Shown here one piece after another: positions 27,912 through 37,722 of a stretch of DNA of 64,000 nucleotides (position 1 is the stretch's first letter; every line of letters begins with the position of its first letter). The DNA comes from a virus, in IMG/VR virus record IMGVR_UViG_3300004369_000008, positions 1 to 64,000 of that record; one strand, written 5' to 3'. Both the position numbers and the translations under genes were made by a program. The notes below the pieces were generated by a model. It had not been told where the DNA came from. It worked only from the letters and a program-made list of their open reading frames with translations, and ran no database searches.

Positions 27912-27914
27912 GTC

Positions 27915-28691
27915 TTATATAGCCTTTTTGCTCAACCATTTCTCAAAGGCTTCTTCATCGTATTTAGCATGTTTAACATTGTTTGCAACCTGAGTGACTG
28001 GCCTGAGATTATCTAAACGATTGATTAAGGTGATATCATCAATTCCATGATCCACAAATACCTTAATTGGCCAGATATGGTCTATGTGCCAATTGCCATC
28101 TTTCACCTTCTCCCAGTTGGGGTGTTGAGTGATATGTTCTTGAAGTTCCTTCGGGCCATAACCAAGCATGTCGCTAGTGCGACCCACCTTATCTTTGCCT
28201 ACAGCTTTGAGAGAAGAATTGAGAGCCTTGTAACATCGTTTGCGGAAGAGATCATTGAGCCGTTTCTGCTTTCGATCTTCTATCCATCCATGGTTGCCTG
28301 ATACTGTGTTCTTCTGGCGACCACACTCAAAACAGTATTGGCCTTGGTGATGAAACCCAGCAAAGGTGATCTTTGACTCACTGCCGCATTTGCAAATGTA
28401 GCGATGTTTATGATGAATGCCCATGAACTCATCATCAAGAAACTCGCACCCACGATCCTTGAATATCTGCTTCACTTGTTTGAGTGATCGCTTTTTAGAC
28501 TGGCCGTGCTTAGTGCAATTGCCACATCGTTTTCCCTTGGTGAAATTGTTCCAAGTGGTTGTTCCATAACATCCGCAACTACATTTGTAATCCATTGGCA
28601 ACATACATCCAACGTATTCATCAAGTAGCTCACATCCTTGTTCCTTGAAGTATTGAGCCGCCTCTTCTGTTGTTCTTTTAAGCTTTCCCAT
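27915..28691 (-). CDS. Free-standing HNH homing endonuclease (related to 3904..4761)
   Basis: CxCG...CxxC repeats; LGY.P.EL..H, WHIDHIWP, RLDNLRP...N..K, YDEE.FE.WL. Confidence 0.85.
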   Translation of the reverse strand: MGKLKRTTEEAAQYFKEQGCELLDEYVGCMLPMDYKCSCGCYGTTTWNNFTKGKRCGNCTKHGQSKKRSLKQVKQIFKDRGCEFLDDEFMGIHHKHRYICKCGSESKITFAGFHHQGQYCFECGRQKNTVSGNHGWIEDRKQKRLNDLFRKRCYKALNSSLKAVGKDKVGRTSDMLGYGPKELQEHITQHPNWEKVKDGNWHIDHIWPIKVFVDHGIDDITLINRLDNLRPVTQVANNVKHAKYDEEAFEKWLSKKAI

Positions 28692-28733
28692 AACAAAGCC
28701 TCCTTACACATATAGTAGTAAGGAGGCTTTGTT
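28692..28733 (-). promoter_or_regulatory. Perfect 16-bp hairpin sequestering the HNH RBS
   Basis: AACAAAGCCTCCTTAC-TACTATATGT-GTAAGGAGGCTTTGTT-ATG. Confidence 0.85.
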
Positions 28734-28768
28734 TTCAATCCAGAGTGATTGAATGTTTTCAATCCAAT

Positions 28769-29689
28769 CTAATCCATGGTGATGGGAGGTATGTCGCCGT
28801 ACCTTGTCAACAATTCTTCTTGCCACTGTTGTTTAAGTTCCCAACCTTTTGTCTTAAAGTATTCTCCATCCAATTGCATACCACCACCGGGACCGGGAGG
28901 AGAAGCATATTTACCTCGGATGTGACCCAGCATAATCATTGCGTGAGCCAGAGCGCCTTCCTGCATAGCTTGCGTCACTTCCTTCCAGTCCTTGCATTTC
29001 TGCAAGTAGTGAACAATGACTTTCTGGTGGCCACAAGGCGTTGGATAGAGCTTAATGTACCCGAGATCAGATACCCATTCCCATCCACCGAGGTTTGAGC
29101 TAACTCGTGAAAACATCTGCTCGTATTGTTTATAGAGAACCCATTCTCCCATTCTGCCCCAGATGGGCTGGATTGGATCGATCAAACCACCTTGGATCGA
29201 CGAATATGCACCACCCGGATAAAAGTATTCAAGAGGTATGGCTCCGTCGAGATCGCTCGCCTGAAAAGCAAATGATCCTTGTTCTTTGTAGAACACATTT
29301 CTGACCATGCCCACATCATCTGGCATCTTATAGACACTCTTGCCGGGCGTGCTACGGAAAGTGTAATAATCGAAGTATTCTCGACCAGCGTAATCCTCAA
29401 AAATCTTGAGCGATTGATCGACAGCCAAATCAAGTTGCTGTTGATCCAATTCGATCTTTACAACAGGTGCGCCCAGCATGAGCAAGACATAATCTCTGAT
29501 GTCTTCCCGAACCTTCTCTCTGTTCTTTCTTGGTGTGAGTTTTCTATCATGTGGTGCTACTGGAGCATTACATGCAGTGCCTCCGCAGCCAGAAGAGCCG
29601 GTTTTTGTGCCAGCAACTCCACAGCTTAAATCTTGATATTGTTGAGCAGATGGCCTGTTAACAGCCAGCGGTCCTTTAGAACATCCCAT
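28769..29689 (-). CDS. Neck / head-tail adaptor protein, T4 gp13-like
   Basis: YVLLMLGAPVVKIELDQQQLDLAVD; LG.IRGKY...PGPGG..QLDG. Confidence 0.8.
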   Translation of the reverse strand: MGCSKGPLAVNRPSAQQYQDLSCGVAGTKTGSSGCGGTACNAPVAPHDRKLTPRKNREKVREDIRDYVLLMLGAPVVKIELDQQQLDLAVDQSLKIFEDYAGREYFDYYTFRSTPGKSVYKMPDDVGMVRNVFYKEQGSFAFQASDLDGAIPLEYFYPGGAYSSIQGGLIDPIQPIWGRMGEWVLYKQYEQMFSRVSSNLGGWEWVSDLGYIKLYPTPCGHQKVIVHYLQKCKDWKEVTQAMQEGALAHAMIMLGHIRGKYASPPGPGGGMQLDGEYFKTKGWELKQQWQEELLTRYGDIPPITMD

Positions 29690-29734
29690 TATGCAACTCC
29701 CGTATAAGTTGTTGATCCTGTGTCTATATACGTT

Positions 29735-32700
29735 ATGGAATCAGAGAAACGGGGTTTTAACGTGAAGACATCTTTCAGAAAGTTCATCGTAAACACCAGT
29801 CGGAACAATCCCACATGGTCAGAAATGGCGATGGGAACCCGTCTGGACACAAAATGGGGTGGTTTACCCACGAATCAAGGTTTGTGCAATGTTGTCAGCC
29901 TAGCAGCAAATTCGGATTCTGACAGAGCTTTACTTTTCAAATGGCTACTCAATGATGGTTTGTATCAAGCTGTTCAAGCCAGAAACAATCTTACAGAATG
30001 GGCCATTGAACAACTGGACTATGAAGTACCAATTCATACTCAAGGACTTCCAGAACCAGCCGTTGGCGGTCTGAGAAAAGCTGTAGGGGAATCTGTGCAA
30101 TATAAGGAAGCTTTAAGATCAAGCGAAGAACCTGCACCACCTCGAATTCACAAATACGAAGATCAGATTATCAACCCACTCGACCTCTTTTCTCCAACGA
30201 TGAGAAAAAAGATACCAGAGTTGGGCCAGCACGCTGACGAGATTGATGCCAAATGGAAGACAGACTTTGAAGATAAGTTGGCCATTCCAATCTTCAGAAA
30301 TGGCAAGGCGAAAGGTTCGATACAGTTAGCCAACTTGAATGCCATCTTAGAATCCAAAGGCTACGAAGGGTTTCATTATGGACCACACATCACAAGCTCT
30401 GGAAAGTGGTCTGGCGGTTATCTTCAGAGTGTAGAAAAAGGTGATTGGCTTCAGCCGGGGCAACAGGCACATTGGTCCGATAAAGGTCAACGACATGGAC
30501 CAGACCTAAGCCAAGCCGAAATGGTAGAGGATGATAAAGGCAGAGCATTCTATGTGTTTGATAATATGGCCACGCCACAGGATGAGTACGCACTTCGACG
30601 AAAAGCCGCAGTGATGAAGCAAAGGTTTGTAAACCTTGTCAAAGATGTAGGACAAGGAAAGTCAGACATTTCTGACATGCACCAGCAGATCGCCCAAAGA
30701 GTGAAAGCTGGAGACTTTGAAAAAATGCAATGGACTCCGAGCAAGCCTAATCAATATGCCAAGGATAAGTTTGGTGTAGATGCTCGCACTGCGCAATCTG
30801 AAGCTGTTTATCCAACAGAGGTCATCAAAGATATAATCCCCTTGGTTCAAGCGGGATTAAAAGGTCCATTCAAAGTTGCCAATCTTGAAGATAAACTAGC
30901 TGGGGTTCCACCAGAAATTGTATCAGACATGATTATCAAGCGTGAAGGTGACAACTTCTGGATGAGTGACAAGTTCCAGAAAATGGCTTTTGATTTCATT
31001 TTCCAGCATGTTGACATAAATGATCTGGATTCGCAAGAAGAATGGCAGTTGATGCCCAAGAACAAGTGGAAGTCATTCTTGGACAAGTCTGGTACATTCA
31101 ATAAAGAAAAAAAATGGACATCGCCTTGGACTGATTTGTTCTTCACGTTGTCTTCTACGATTTCCAATGGCACTCAAAGTCACCCAGAGCTAATGACGCC
31201 TGCTATCAATTTTTCAATCAGGAAAGGTGTATTGCCAATTGAAGATATCGCCAAGCAAAACGAACTTGAACACAGAGAACTTACACCACAAGGTTTGGCA
31301 GGCTTGGTGAATCAAGGATACAGAATCAATGGTCAGTCAATTCCAAACGATATTCAAGAAATTATGTCTATGCTTGACTCCCATGGCCACAGTAAGTTGT
31401 TGGCCAAAAAGGGAGATCACGTTGTTGAATTAAGGAAAGAGAAAGATGGGAAATACTATGCAGTCTTCCAATCTTCGGGCGACAATCCATTTGGCGATCT
31501 CGGAGAACCAGATGGACACATGGCAGCCGGTCTTCAAATGCCCGTTTCAATGGGCCAAGGAAGAATGGGAATTTTTCCAACCGGAACATCAGAAGAACAA
31601 GATGACTTCGAAGAAAAACTCATGCGTGGAGATTTTGGTGAAGGTGATGCTGTAGGAAATGTCACAGAACTCCAATGTGTAAAAACTGCTGTCGGCGCTG
31701 CTATCAAACAATACAAGAACAGCGGACATCAAAGAGGAACTGTCTCTGACGCCAAGGGCAATAAATCCAGAGGTGCTGCAAGCGAAGCAGACATTGACGA
31801 TATCTTTGGTGGGTTCAATGGAATACTGGGCATGGGTGCTGAAGCACTAAAGGCTCTTGGCGGACACTATGCAATGAAGTACGGTTTCATCACAGATGAG
31901 CAGTACAAACAAAATACCAAATTCGATGCCGCTGATGAATTGAATAAGATTGATGGTGGCAGGACATTCTCAGCCAACCTCGAAGAAACAATGGACAGAG
32001 TTGGTGTTGACATCGATGATGTTGCACCAATTGTTGATAGAGTTTGGAAGACAATCCAAAGAGGAGATGGACCTAAGCCAGAAGACTTTAGAGATTACAT
32101 TGAGCAATTTGGAAAGAATTTCTGGGCAGCAGTAAAGCACGCATTGAACTCAAATGCCAAAGCCGGTCGAACACGCCTTATTAAGAATTACATCTTCAAC
32201 AAAATGGAGAAGATGAAGCAATCCCAAGTTAATCAAGGTGGAGTTAATGCTCTAAATGTTGTAGATGATGCCGAAGGACGTGGAGATGCTTTGGGAGGTG
32301 GAAAAACCTTCAAGTCTGTCGATCCGTTTGGCGGAAGAGTAATGTTGTTGGATGATGATAACTTCGTATTTCTCAAGAAATTCGGAGCAAAGCTTTATGG
32401 CAAAGAACCACTTCCAGAAAGTCTTGATGAACTAAAGGCATTGATTGATGCTGATGCTAATGGAACAGTTTCAGTTAGTTCGGTCATTCAAATGAAACCA
32501 GAAGAGTTGAAAAATTACTTGAAAGACAAATCTGATATTGAACATCTTTCAAAACTTTCCGGTATTAAATTCAAGCTGTATCTCTACAAAGGTCTTAGAG
32601 AAAAAGATGTTGTGAGTTACATCGATCAAGAGACAACAGAAGAAGCTTACTTGATGAAAGCAACTCGTCCAGATGATCTCGGAAAAGGTCAGGATCAGAG

Positions 32701-33160
32701 AAAAGTTGATCTGAAAACAGGATTTGCTAAACCGGATGATTTTGGAAAAAGAGTAAAAGACTTCAAAGCCGGAACTGGCGTGGGTGGTCCTGATGTTAAG
32801 CCAGCGACCAAGCCAGCAACCGCTGCATCACAGCCACAAGCACCATCAACTTGGGCTGCTCCTAAGATAAAGCCAAGTGCGGAAGTTCCGGCTCAGACGC
32901 CGCAGCCTCAGCAGGGCGTTTGGTCTGCTCCTAAGATAAAGAAGTTTGGAGAGGCTACTCTTCCAAGTTACAAAATTTGGAAAGAGACATCAGTGGTTTA
33001 TGATCCAAAGATGAAGAACCCAAAGAAGGGTTCAGGATTCAATTGGTGGGGAACTCCCGGCAATGCAGGAGGCACTGAAATTGGCGGCGAAGTCGAAACC
33101 ATGAAGAATGATCCAGATGGAACGAAAGGAGTCAAGAGTGGCAAACGTAAAAGAGGCTAA
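29735..33160 (+). CDS. Large hypothetical protein, probably virion-internal
   Basis: ~1140 aa; SFRKF motif near the N-terminus; CTATATA motif 4 nt before the ATG. Confidence 0.7.
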   Translation: MESEKRGFNVKTSFRKFIVNTSRNNPTWSEMAMGTRLDTKWGGLPTNQGLCNVVSLAANSDSDRALLFKWLLNDGLYQAVQARNNLTEWAIEQLDYEVPIHTQGLPEPAVGGLRKAVGESVQYKEALRSSEEPAPPRIHKYEDQIINPLDLFSPTMRKKIPELGQHADEIDAKWKTDFEDKLAIPIFRNGKAKGSIQLANLNAILESKGYEGFHYGPHITSSGKWSGGYLQSVEKGDWLQPGQQAHWSDKGQRHGPDLSQAEMVEDDKGRAFYVFDNMATPQDEYALRRKAAVMKQRFVNLVKDVGQGKSDISDMHQQIAQRVKAGDFEKMQWTPSKPNQYAKDKFGVDARTAQSEAVYPTEVIKDIIPLVQAGLKGPFKVANLEDKLAGVPPEIVSDMIIKREGDNFWMSDKFQKMAFDFIFQHVDINDLDSQEEWQLMPKNKWKSFLDKSGTFNKEKKWTSPWTDLFFTLSSTISNGTQSHPELMTPAINFSIRKGVLPIEDIAKQNELEHRELTPQGLAGLVNQGYRINGQSIPNDIQEIMSMLDSHGHSKLLAKKGDHVVELRKEKDGKYYAVFQSSGDNPFGDLGEPDGHMAAGLQMPVSMGQGRMGIFPTGTSEEQDDFEEKLMRGDFGEGDAVGNVTELQCVKTAVGAAIKQYKNSGHQRGTVSDAKGNKSRGAASEADIDDIFGGFNGILGMGAEALKALGGHYAMKYGFITDEQYKQNTKFDAADELNKIDGGRTFSANLEETMDRVGVDIDDVAPIVDRVWKTIQRGDGPKPEDFRDYIEQFGKNFWAAVKHALNSNAKAGRTRLIKNYIFNKMEKMKQSQVNQGGVNALNVVDDAEGRGDALGGGKTFKSVDPFGGRVMLLDDDNFVFLKKFGAKLYGKEPLPESLDELKALIDADANGTVSVSSVIQMKPEELKNYLKDKSDIEHLSKLSGIKFKLYLYKGLREKDVVSYIDQETTEEAYLMKATRPDDLGKGQDQRKVDLKTGFAKPDDFGKRVKDFKAGTGVGGPDVKPATKPATAASQPQAPSTWAAPKIKPSAEVPAQTPQPQQGVWSAPKIKKFGEATLPSYKIWKETSVVYDPKMKNPKKGSGFNWWGTPGNAGGTEIGGEVETMKNDPDGTKGVKSGKRKRG

Positions 33161-33425
33161 AGAGAAGCTTGTTCAATACATGAACAATCCAAAGGCATTC
33201 ACTTTGAAAAGGTGGTTCCTTGAGTTGCTCAAAGAGAGATATGCAAAACACGATCCGATTGTTGAGCGAGTCGCATTGTCTTTGTCCACAGATGCCGACC
33301 TTAAAGATTTTGGAGCTTTAGTTGCAGAAATCTTTGAGGCCGGTTATTTCAAAGCTGTGAATGATTACAAAGAACAAGCAGAAAAAGCTGGGATGCAAGT
33401 CAAAATAGTTTCGCCCAAATCTTAA
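33138..33425 (+). CDS. Hypothetical protein
   Basis: GTG start after AAGGAG. Confidence 0.6.
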   Translation: MANVKEAKEKLVQYMNNPKAFTLKRWFLELLKERYAKHDPIVERVALSLSTDADLKDFGALVAEIFEAGYFKAVNDYKEQAEKAGMQVKIVSPKS

Positions 33426-34120
33426 CTAAAATCAGGGTTGACATCAGACGGGAGTGCTTTCACTAGGAAGCCTCCCGTTTTTGGTTCAATCTCTTCAACT
33501 CGCCACCATCGACTCTCTTTTCTGCGTGGCATGATAACAGAACCTTTGGTCATTGTTTTCACACACCAGAAGACAATCTCTAGGTCGTTTTCATCGACAA
33601 CGACAGCATCAAAAACAAACTTGTCTCCGTATCTGTTCATCTTATATTCTGTTCCATACAGATCATCCTTCATTGTAATCTGTACGACTGGGGCACAATG
33701 AAACTCCATGCCTCGCTCACTAAAAATACGAGCCACTTGAGAACTGACATTGAACTCTTTGACTTCTTCCTTTGGTAGCAACATTGGTGCGCTTGTCTCA
33801 AATTCATCAATCACTGGTGACTCTTCTTCAACAACAGCGATTTCAGTCAATGGCTTGGAAGACTTGAGTTCATTCACGAACTCAAAAGGTGGAATCCATT
33901 CAGCATTGGGACGAAGATCAAGTTCTTCAGCGATATCAATTTGTGGATGCTCTTTCTTAAACTTCTCTTCGGGAGAAACTGGGTCTTTAGCAATCTCAGA
34001 ATCCCATGAGAAATTATGCAGGACCAGTTTGGATTTATCCCAATCCAGAGCTTGGTCGTTCATCAAAGGATTTGGTCCTCTGAGCTTGTAGACCTTTCCT
34101 TGTTTATCACGAATTGGCAT
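33422..34120 (-). CDS. Hypothetical protein; N-terminus resembles 35769..36341
   Basis: MPIRDKQGKVYKLRG vs MGIKNQDGTPYNVTG. Confidence 0.6.
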   Translation of the reverse strand: MPIRDKQGKVYKLRGPNPLMNDQALDWDKSKLVLHNFSWDSEIAKDPVSPEEKFKKEHPQIDIAEELDLRPNAEWIPPFEFVNELKSSKPLTEIAVVEEESPVIDEFETSAPMLLPKEEVKEFNVSSQVARIFSERGMEFHCAPVVQITMKDDLYGTEYKMNRYGDKFVFDAVVVDENDLEIVFWCVKTMTKGSVIMPRRKESRWWRVEEIEPKTGGFLVKALPSDVNPDFS

Positions 34121-34460
34121 GTTTGTATCCTAACTTCACATCTGCTTCACCGCCAATTACAAAACTTGTAATGTTTCGGTGAATGCTATTGTTGACAATT
34201 TTGCTGATGAGTGACTGACTCACTTGGTATTTATCCGCCAGTTCAGTTTGCGTGTATTCTTTCGTTTGATACAAGGTGCGTATCTCGCCCACTTGTAGGC
34301 TTTCCAATCTATCCAAACCGAAGTTTGTGAGTCCATTAGCTTTCAAAACTCGATTGAGAGTTCTTCTACTAATATGGAACTGTTCGCAGACTTCTTGTCG
34401 TGATTTCTCAGAAACTAATAGCTTGAGGTCGTTTATGTTCAAATCTCTTATTTTGGCCAT
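34107..34460 (-). CDS. Double HTH DNA-binding protein (paralog of 3010..3333)
   Basis: EVCEQFHISRRTLNRVL; TQTELADKYQVSQSLISKIVNN. Confidence 0.8.
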   Translation of the reverse strand: MAKIRDLNINDLKLLVSEKSRQEVCEQFHISRRTLNRVLKANGLTNFGLDRLESLQVGEIRTLYQTKEYTQTELADKYQVSQSLISKIVNNSIHRNITSFVIGGEADVKLGYKHANS

Positions 34461-34538
34461 TTGTAATACACCTGAAATTATTCAAATGAGACACCATATA
34501 TAAGAGTCCAAGGATTCAATTCCCGAAAGAGGTAAAAT

Positions 34539-34940
34539 ATGGCACTTGTATGTCCCGATGTTAAAGGTGAGATTCTTCTCCTGCAATACATTGTTGGTAT
34601 GGTAAATGCTGACAATCCCGTTCTCCATTTGTATGGTAACGACATAACTCCATCTGATTCTACAGTCATTGGCGATTTGACCGAGGTTGCTGGTGCAACT
34701 GGGTATGCGTCAGTTACTCTGCTGTCAGCAAACTGGACAACTACTCAATCTGCTGGTGTGACCACGGCTGTTTACTCTGAGCAGACATTCACATTCACGA
34801 CAGATGCGACTTCTTATGGATACTACGTTACAGACGAGAGTAACAACTTGCTGTGGCTTGAGAGATTCAGCGGCGCACCGTTTGATATACCTGATGGTGG
34901 AGGTACGATCAGTATTACGGCTAAGCTGACGCTTAGCTAA
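34539..34940 (+). CDS. Small virion structural protein (paralog of 3414..3836)
   Basis: MALVCP..GE..LL; LHLYGNDITP; GYA...L....W; YGYYV; LWLERF; CATATATA upstream. Confidence 0.65.
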   Translation: MALVCPDVKGEILLLQYIVGMVNADNPVLHLYGNDITPSDSTVIGDLTEVAGATGYASVTLLSANWTTTQSAGVTTAVYSEQTFTFTTDATSYGYYVTDESNNLLWLERFSGAPFDIPDGGGTISITAKLTLS

Positions 34941-34968
34941 GCTTATACTGAAATTATGCAAGCGCAAC

Positions 34969-35004
34969 AAAAAAGCCCAGTCATTTCTGACTGGGCTTTT
35001 TTTT
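34969..35004. terminator. Bidirectional intrinsic terminator
   Basis: AAAAAAGCCCAGTCA-TTTC-TGACTGGGCTTTTTTTT. Confidence 0.9.
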
Positions 35005-35008
35005 GTTG

Positions 35009-35485
35009 TTACTTAGGAAGAACGCTACCAACGTTTCCCATGGCAGTCCACTGAGCAGTAAGCTCAGGTACGGTCTTCTTTCTCCAATCACCGTTGCGAT
35101 ATTTGTCAACAATCCAGTCGATGGATGGTGATATCAAGTCGTTGATGACGTAGTTCTTGATTGCGCCCGCAAATGGCTTGAGATAAATTGGCAAAGCCTC
35201 TGCGATGACATAATCATAAAGACGTGATACAGCATCCAGAACTGTAGCCTTCTTATCTGGGCCATTGTCAAGAGCTTCATCGACGTATGCAATCAGATCA
35301 TCGAGACCTGCAAGCAAAAACGTTGTGACTCTTGTTAGGCTAATCTTCTTCCAAAATTTCCACCAAGGAGACGTTTCCTTGGAGGCGTCCCATGAAGCAG
35401 ACATGGCGCTGACGAAATTATCAATGTTCTCATCAACGAAAGCTGTTCCGATTGGGTTTGATTCATCTTTAATGATGGTTTCCAT
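35009..35485 (-). CDS. Hypothetical helical protein
   Basis: RBS AAGGAG before METIIKD. Confidence 0.6.
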   Translation of the reverse strand: METIIKDESNPIGTAFVDENIDNFVSAMSASWDASKETSPWWKFWKKISLTRVTTFLLAGLDDLIAYVDEALDNGPDKKATVLDAVSRLYDYVIAEALPIYLKPFAGAIKNYVINDLISPSIDWIVDKYRNGDWRKKTVPELTAQWTAMGNVGSVLPK

Positions 35486-35495
35486 CGTTGCTCCT

Positions 35496-35687
35496 TTAAG
35501 ATTGTGTGTGTGATTCAATCCATTCGTTGAACACTGTGTCAACATGCTTTGTTAGGTACTCATCAATAGCACCAGCGTTGAAGACCTTAATCTTCTCGAC
35601 AAGTTCCTTTATTTCTTCAACCGTGAATGTTTTTTCTTTTTTGCCGAACCACGGCCATCCGAGCAAATCACGTTTTTCATCAGACAT
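35496..35687 (-). CDS. Small hypothetical protein
   Basis: CATAAATA motif and RBS AAGGAGG. Confidence 0.65.
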   Translation of the reverse strand: MSDEKRDLLGWPWFGKKEKTFTVEEIKELVEKIKVFNAGAIDEYLTKHVDTVFNEWIESHTQS

Positions 35688-35768
35688 GATAACCTCCTTG
35701 AAGTTTGTCTATACCATATTTATGCAGCGAGCCTCAATTCGGTCTGACAAAAGGATATATAAGATGCC

Positions 35769-36341
35769 ATGGGAATTAAGAACCAAGACGGAACACCGTA
35801 CAATGTAACAGGATCATTGCAACAATTTGATCCAGAGAATCCCGAGATTGACTTGTTCAATGTCTGGGATCAGGAAGCCATTGAAATTGGTGGTACGCCG
35901 ATCTTGTACTACGAGGTCTTCATCAACATTAGCAGCATTGATGAATTGTACATGGAGTCCCGAGGAAAGATTTGGTCACAGTGTCCAATCTGTCTTTATG
36001 GCTACTACGATCCAATCCCATCTCAGAATTCTATGGGTGCATTTGGCATTGATTCACCCGATGAGATGATGTTCGAGTTCAACTACAGAAGTGTTCTCAA
36101 AACAATGTGTCACGCTCCAAAAATTGGATCGAGACTCTACACGCCACACAAAAGAGAACACTGGGTTGTGATTCAGAGGAACGTTGAAGAATTCAAATTG
36201 TGGGGCGAGCTTCGTCTACAGGTAATGTGCAAGAGATTCCAAGAGTCTCTCACAACTGGGGAAGGCAGAGTCACACAAAGAGAGCCTGATTTCAAAGTCA
36301 ACAGTCTTAAAGATGTTGGTCGGAGTCAGAAAAATTGCTGA
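35769..36341 (+). CDS. Neck / head-closure protein, T4 gp14-like
   Basis: E.IEIGG..I.YY, DELYME, FGIDSPDE, PKIGS.LY; position before gp15/gp18. Confidence 0.7.
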   Translation: MGIKNQDGTPYNVTGSLQQFDPENPEIDLFNVWDQEAIEIGGTPILYYEVFINISSIDELYMESRGKIWSQCPICLYGYYDPIPSQNSMGAFGIDSPDEMMFEFNYRSVLKTMCHAPKIGSRLYTPHKREHWVVIQRNVEEFKLWGELRLQVMCKRFQESLTTGEGRVTQREPDFKVNSLKDVGRSQKNC

Positions 36342-36491
36342 ATTTAATTCTGCGTGGCGGATGAACATTGCTGAAAAAGACCAATGGTGGTTTGACTGGC
36401 TTCAATTTGGATGAGAATTTTACTTTCTTAATCAGCGTCTTTTCATTTTTGATTAGTCGATATGGTTTCATAGATACACCTAGGAGAACAA

Positions 36492-37499
36492 ATGCCAATT
36501 CCAGACTTGAACCCTTGTAATGATCCGGGGAACGTCCTTGATCTTAATGTAGATACACCGCCACCATTTTGTCGTGAGCGGAAAGTCGATTGCAATGGAA
36601 GTCCAATTCTTCAAGGACAGAAGGATGTCACATCAGAGCGTGATCTTGATTGGCTCGTAGAAGAAACATCTCGCACAAAGATGGGTTCGGGAGCATCTGC
36701 CTTGTGTGATCCAATGCAAACGGGTCACATTATCAATGAGCAGGGAATGTCTGAACCAAACAGAAATGTTCTGTATCGTTATGCGAAATCATTAAGAGGA
36801 ACTGACGAAGCTATGGTTGACCTGTTTAGGGACATCATAGTAATCGACGAAGACGGTAAAGCCCTACCAGTTCCTATTATCTGGGCCACGCAAGAAAAGG
36901 CGGTGGCCGCAATCATCCAATCGAACGTTCGAAAGGATGAAAGTCTAGTCGTTGATAGGGTCCGTCTGCCAATGCTGGCAATTCATTCTTCTGGTTACAA
37001 CTTTAATCAAGATCGATATGTCTATCACAAGGCCATTGATTATTTGAGAAAAGAAAGACTTGGATGGGCACCGGGCTTCACAAGAAAAGAGAGATATGAA
37101 AGAGATACTGTGTTTGGAGTGGCGAAGGGACTTCCACTTGATATTAGCTACACACTTTACGGCTGGACGCTGTATAGCGAAGACATGAACCAGATTCTTA
37201 CACAAATCATCACAAAATTTAGCCCTATAGCATACATACGAGTAAGAGGAATCTCATGGGAAATCGGTGTCAAGCTCGATTCAATCGCTAATAACGTTGA
37301 TATTGAGCCGGGCGACCAAAACGAACGAGTTCTCAAATTTGAATTCGGATTCACCGCCGAATCCTTCGTGGCACAGCCAATCGTAAGGAAGAAAGCGGTA
37401 CTGAAGACAAAGATTGACGTTGTGGACGCAATCGAAGACAAGGACATCACAGAGGTTCTATCAAAACTAGAAAGCGCAGTGAAGGAGTTAGAAGAATGA
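36492..37499 (+). CDS. Tail terminator / sheath stabiliser, T4 gp15-like
   Basis: VPIIWATQEK, RLPMLAI, P.DISY.L..W, DMNQIL.QI..KFSP. Confidence 0.8.
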   Translation: MPIPDLNPCNDPGNVLDLNVDTPPPFCRERKVDCNGSPILQGQKDVTSERDLDWLVEETSRTKMGSGASALCDPMQTGHIINEQGMSEPNRNVLYRYAKSLRGTDEAMVDLFRDIIVIDEDGKALPVPIIWATQEKAVAAIIQSNVRKDESLVVDRVRLPMLAIHSSGYNFNQDRYVYHKAIDYLRKERLGWAPGFTRKERYERDTVFGVAKGLPLDISYTLYGWTLYSEDMNQILTQIITKFSPIAYIRVRGISWEIGVKLDSIANNVDIEPGDQNERVLKFEFGFTAESFVAQPIVRKKAVLKTKIDVVDAIEDKDITEVLSKLESAVKELEE

Positions 37500-37720
37500 T
37501 TGAGATTAAGAACAAGAGCAGGAGTCCAGTTCAACTCGTTGTTCGTTCAAGGAAGGCACCAAGGTCGTTCACGACGTTAATTGTCCCCGGCATCGGCAAG
37601 GGCAACAACATCAGGCTAATCGAGGATGAGCTAGTAACGGAATATATTCCACGAGTGGAAAAAATGGGCCTGATTGAGACTAGATATGTACCCAACAGTG
37701 AAGTTGTTAAGGGAGAATAG
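37496..37720 (+). CDS. Small protein between gp15 and sheath
   Basis: Coupled ORF with RBS. Confidence 0.65.
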   Translation: MIEIKNKSRSPVQLVVRSRKAPRSFTTLIVPGIGKGNNIRLIEDELVTEYIPRVEKMGLIETRYVPNSEVVKGE

Positions 37721-37722
37721 AC

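Noticed and set aside
27915-28770. C-terminus duplication at the gp13-adjacent HNH
   Set aside because: The HNH ends SKKAI and gp13 ends PITMD; only a short upstream repeat (TGGATTGAAAACA twice) is present
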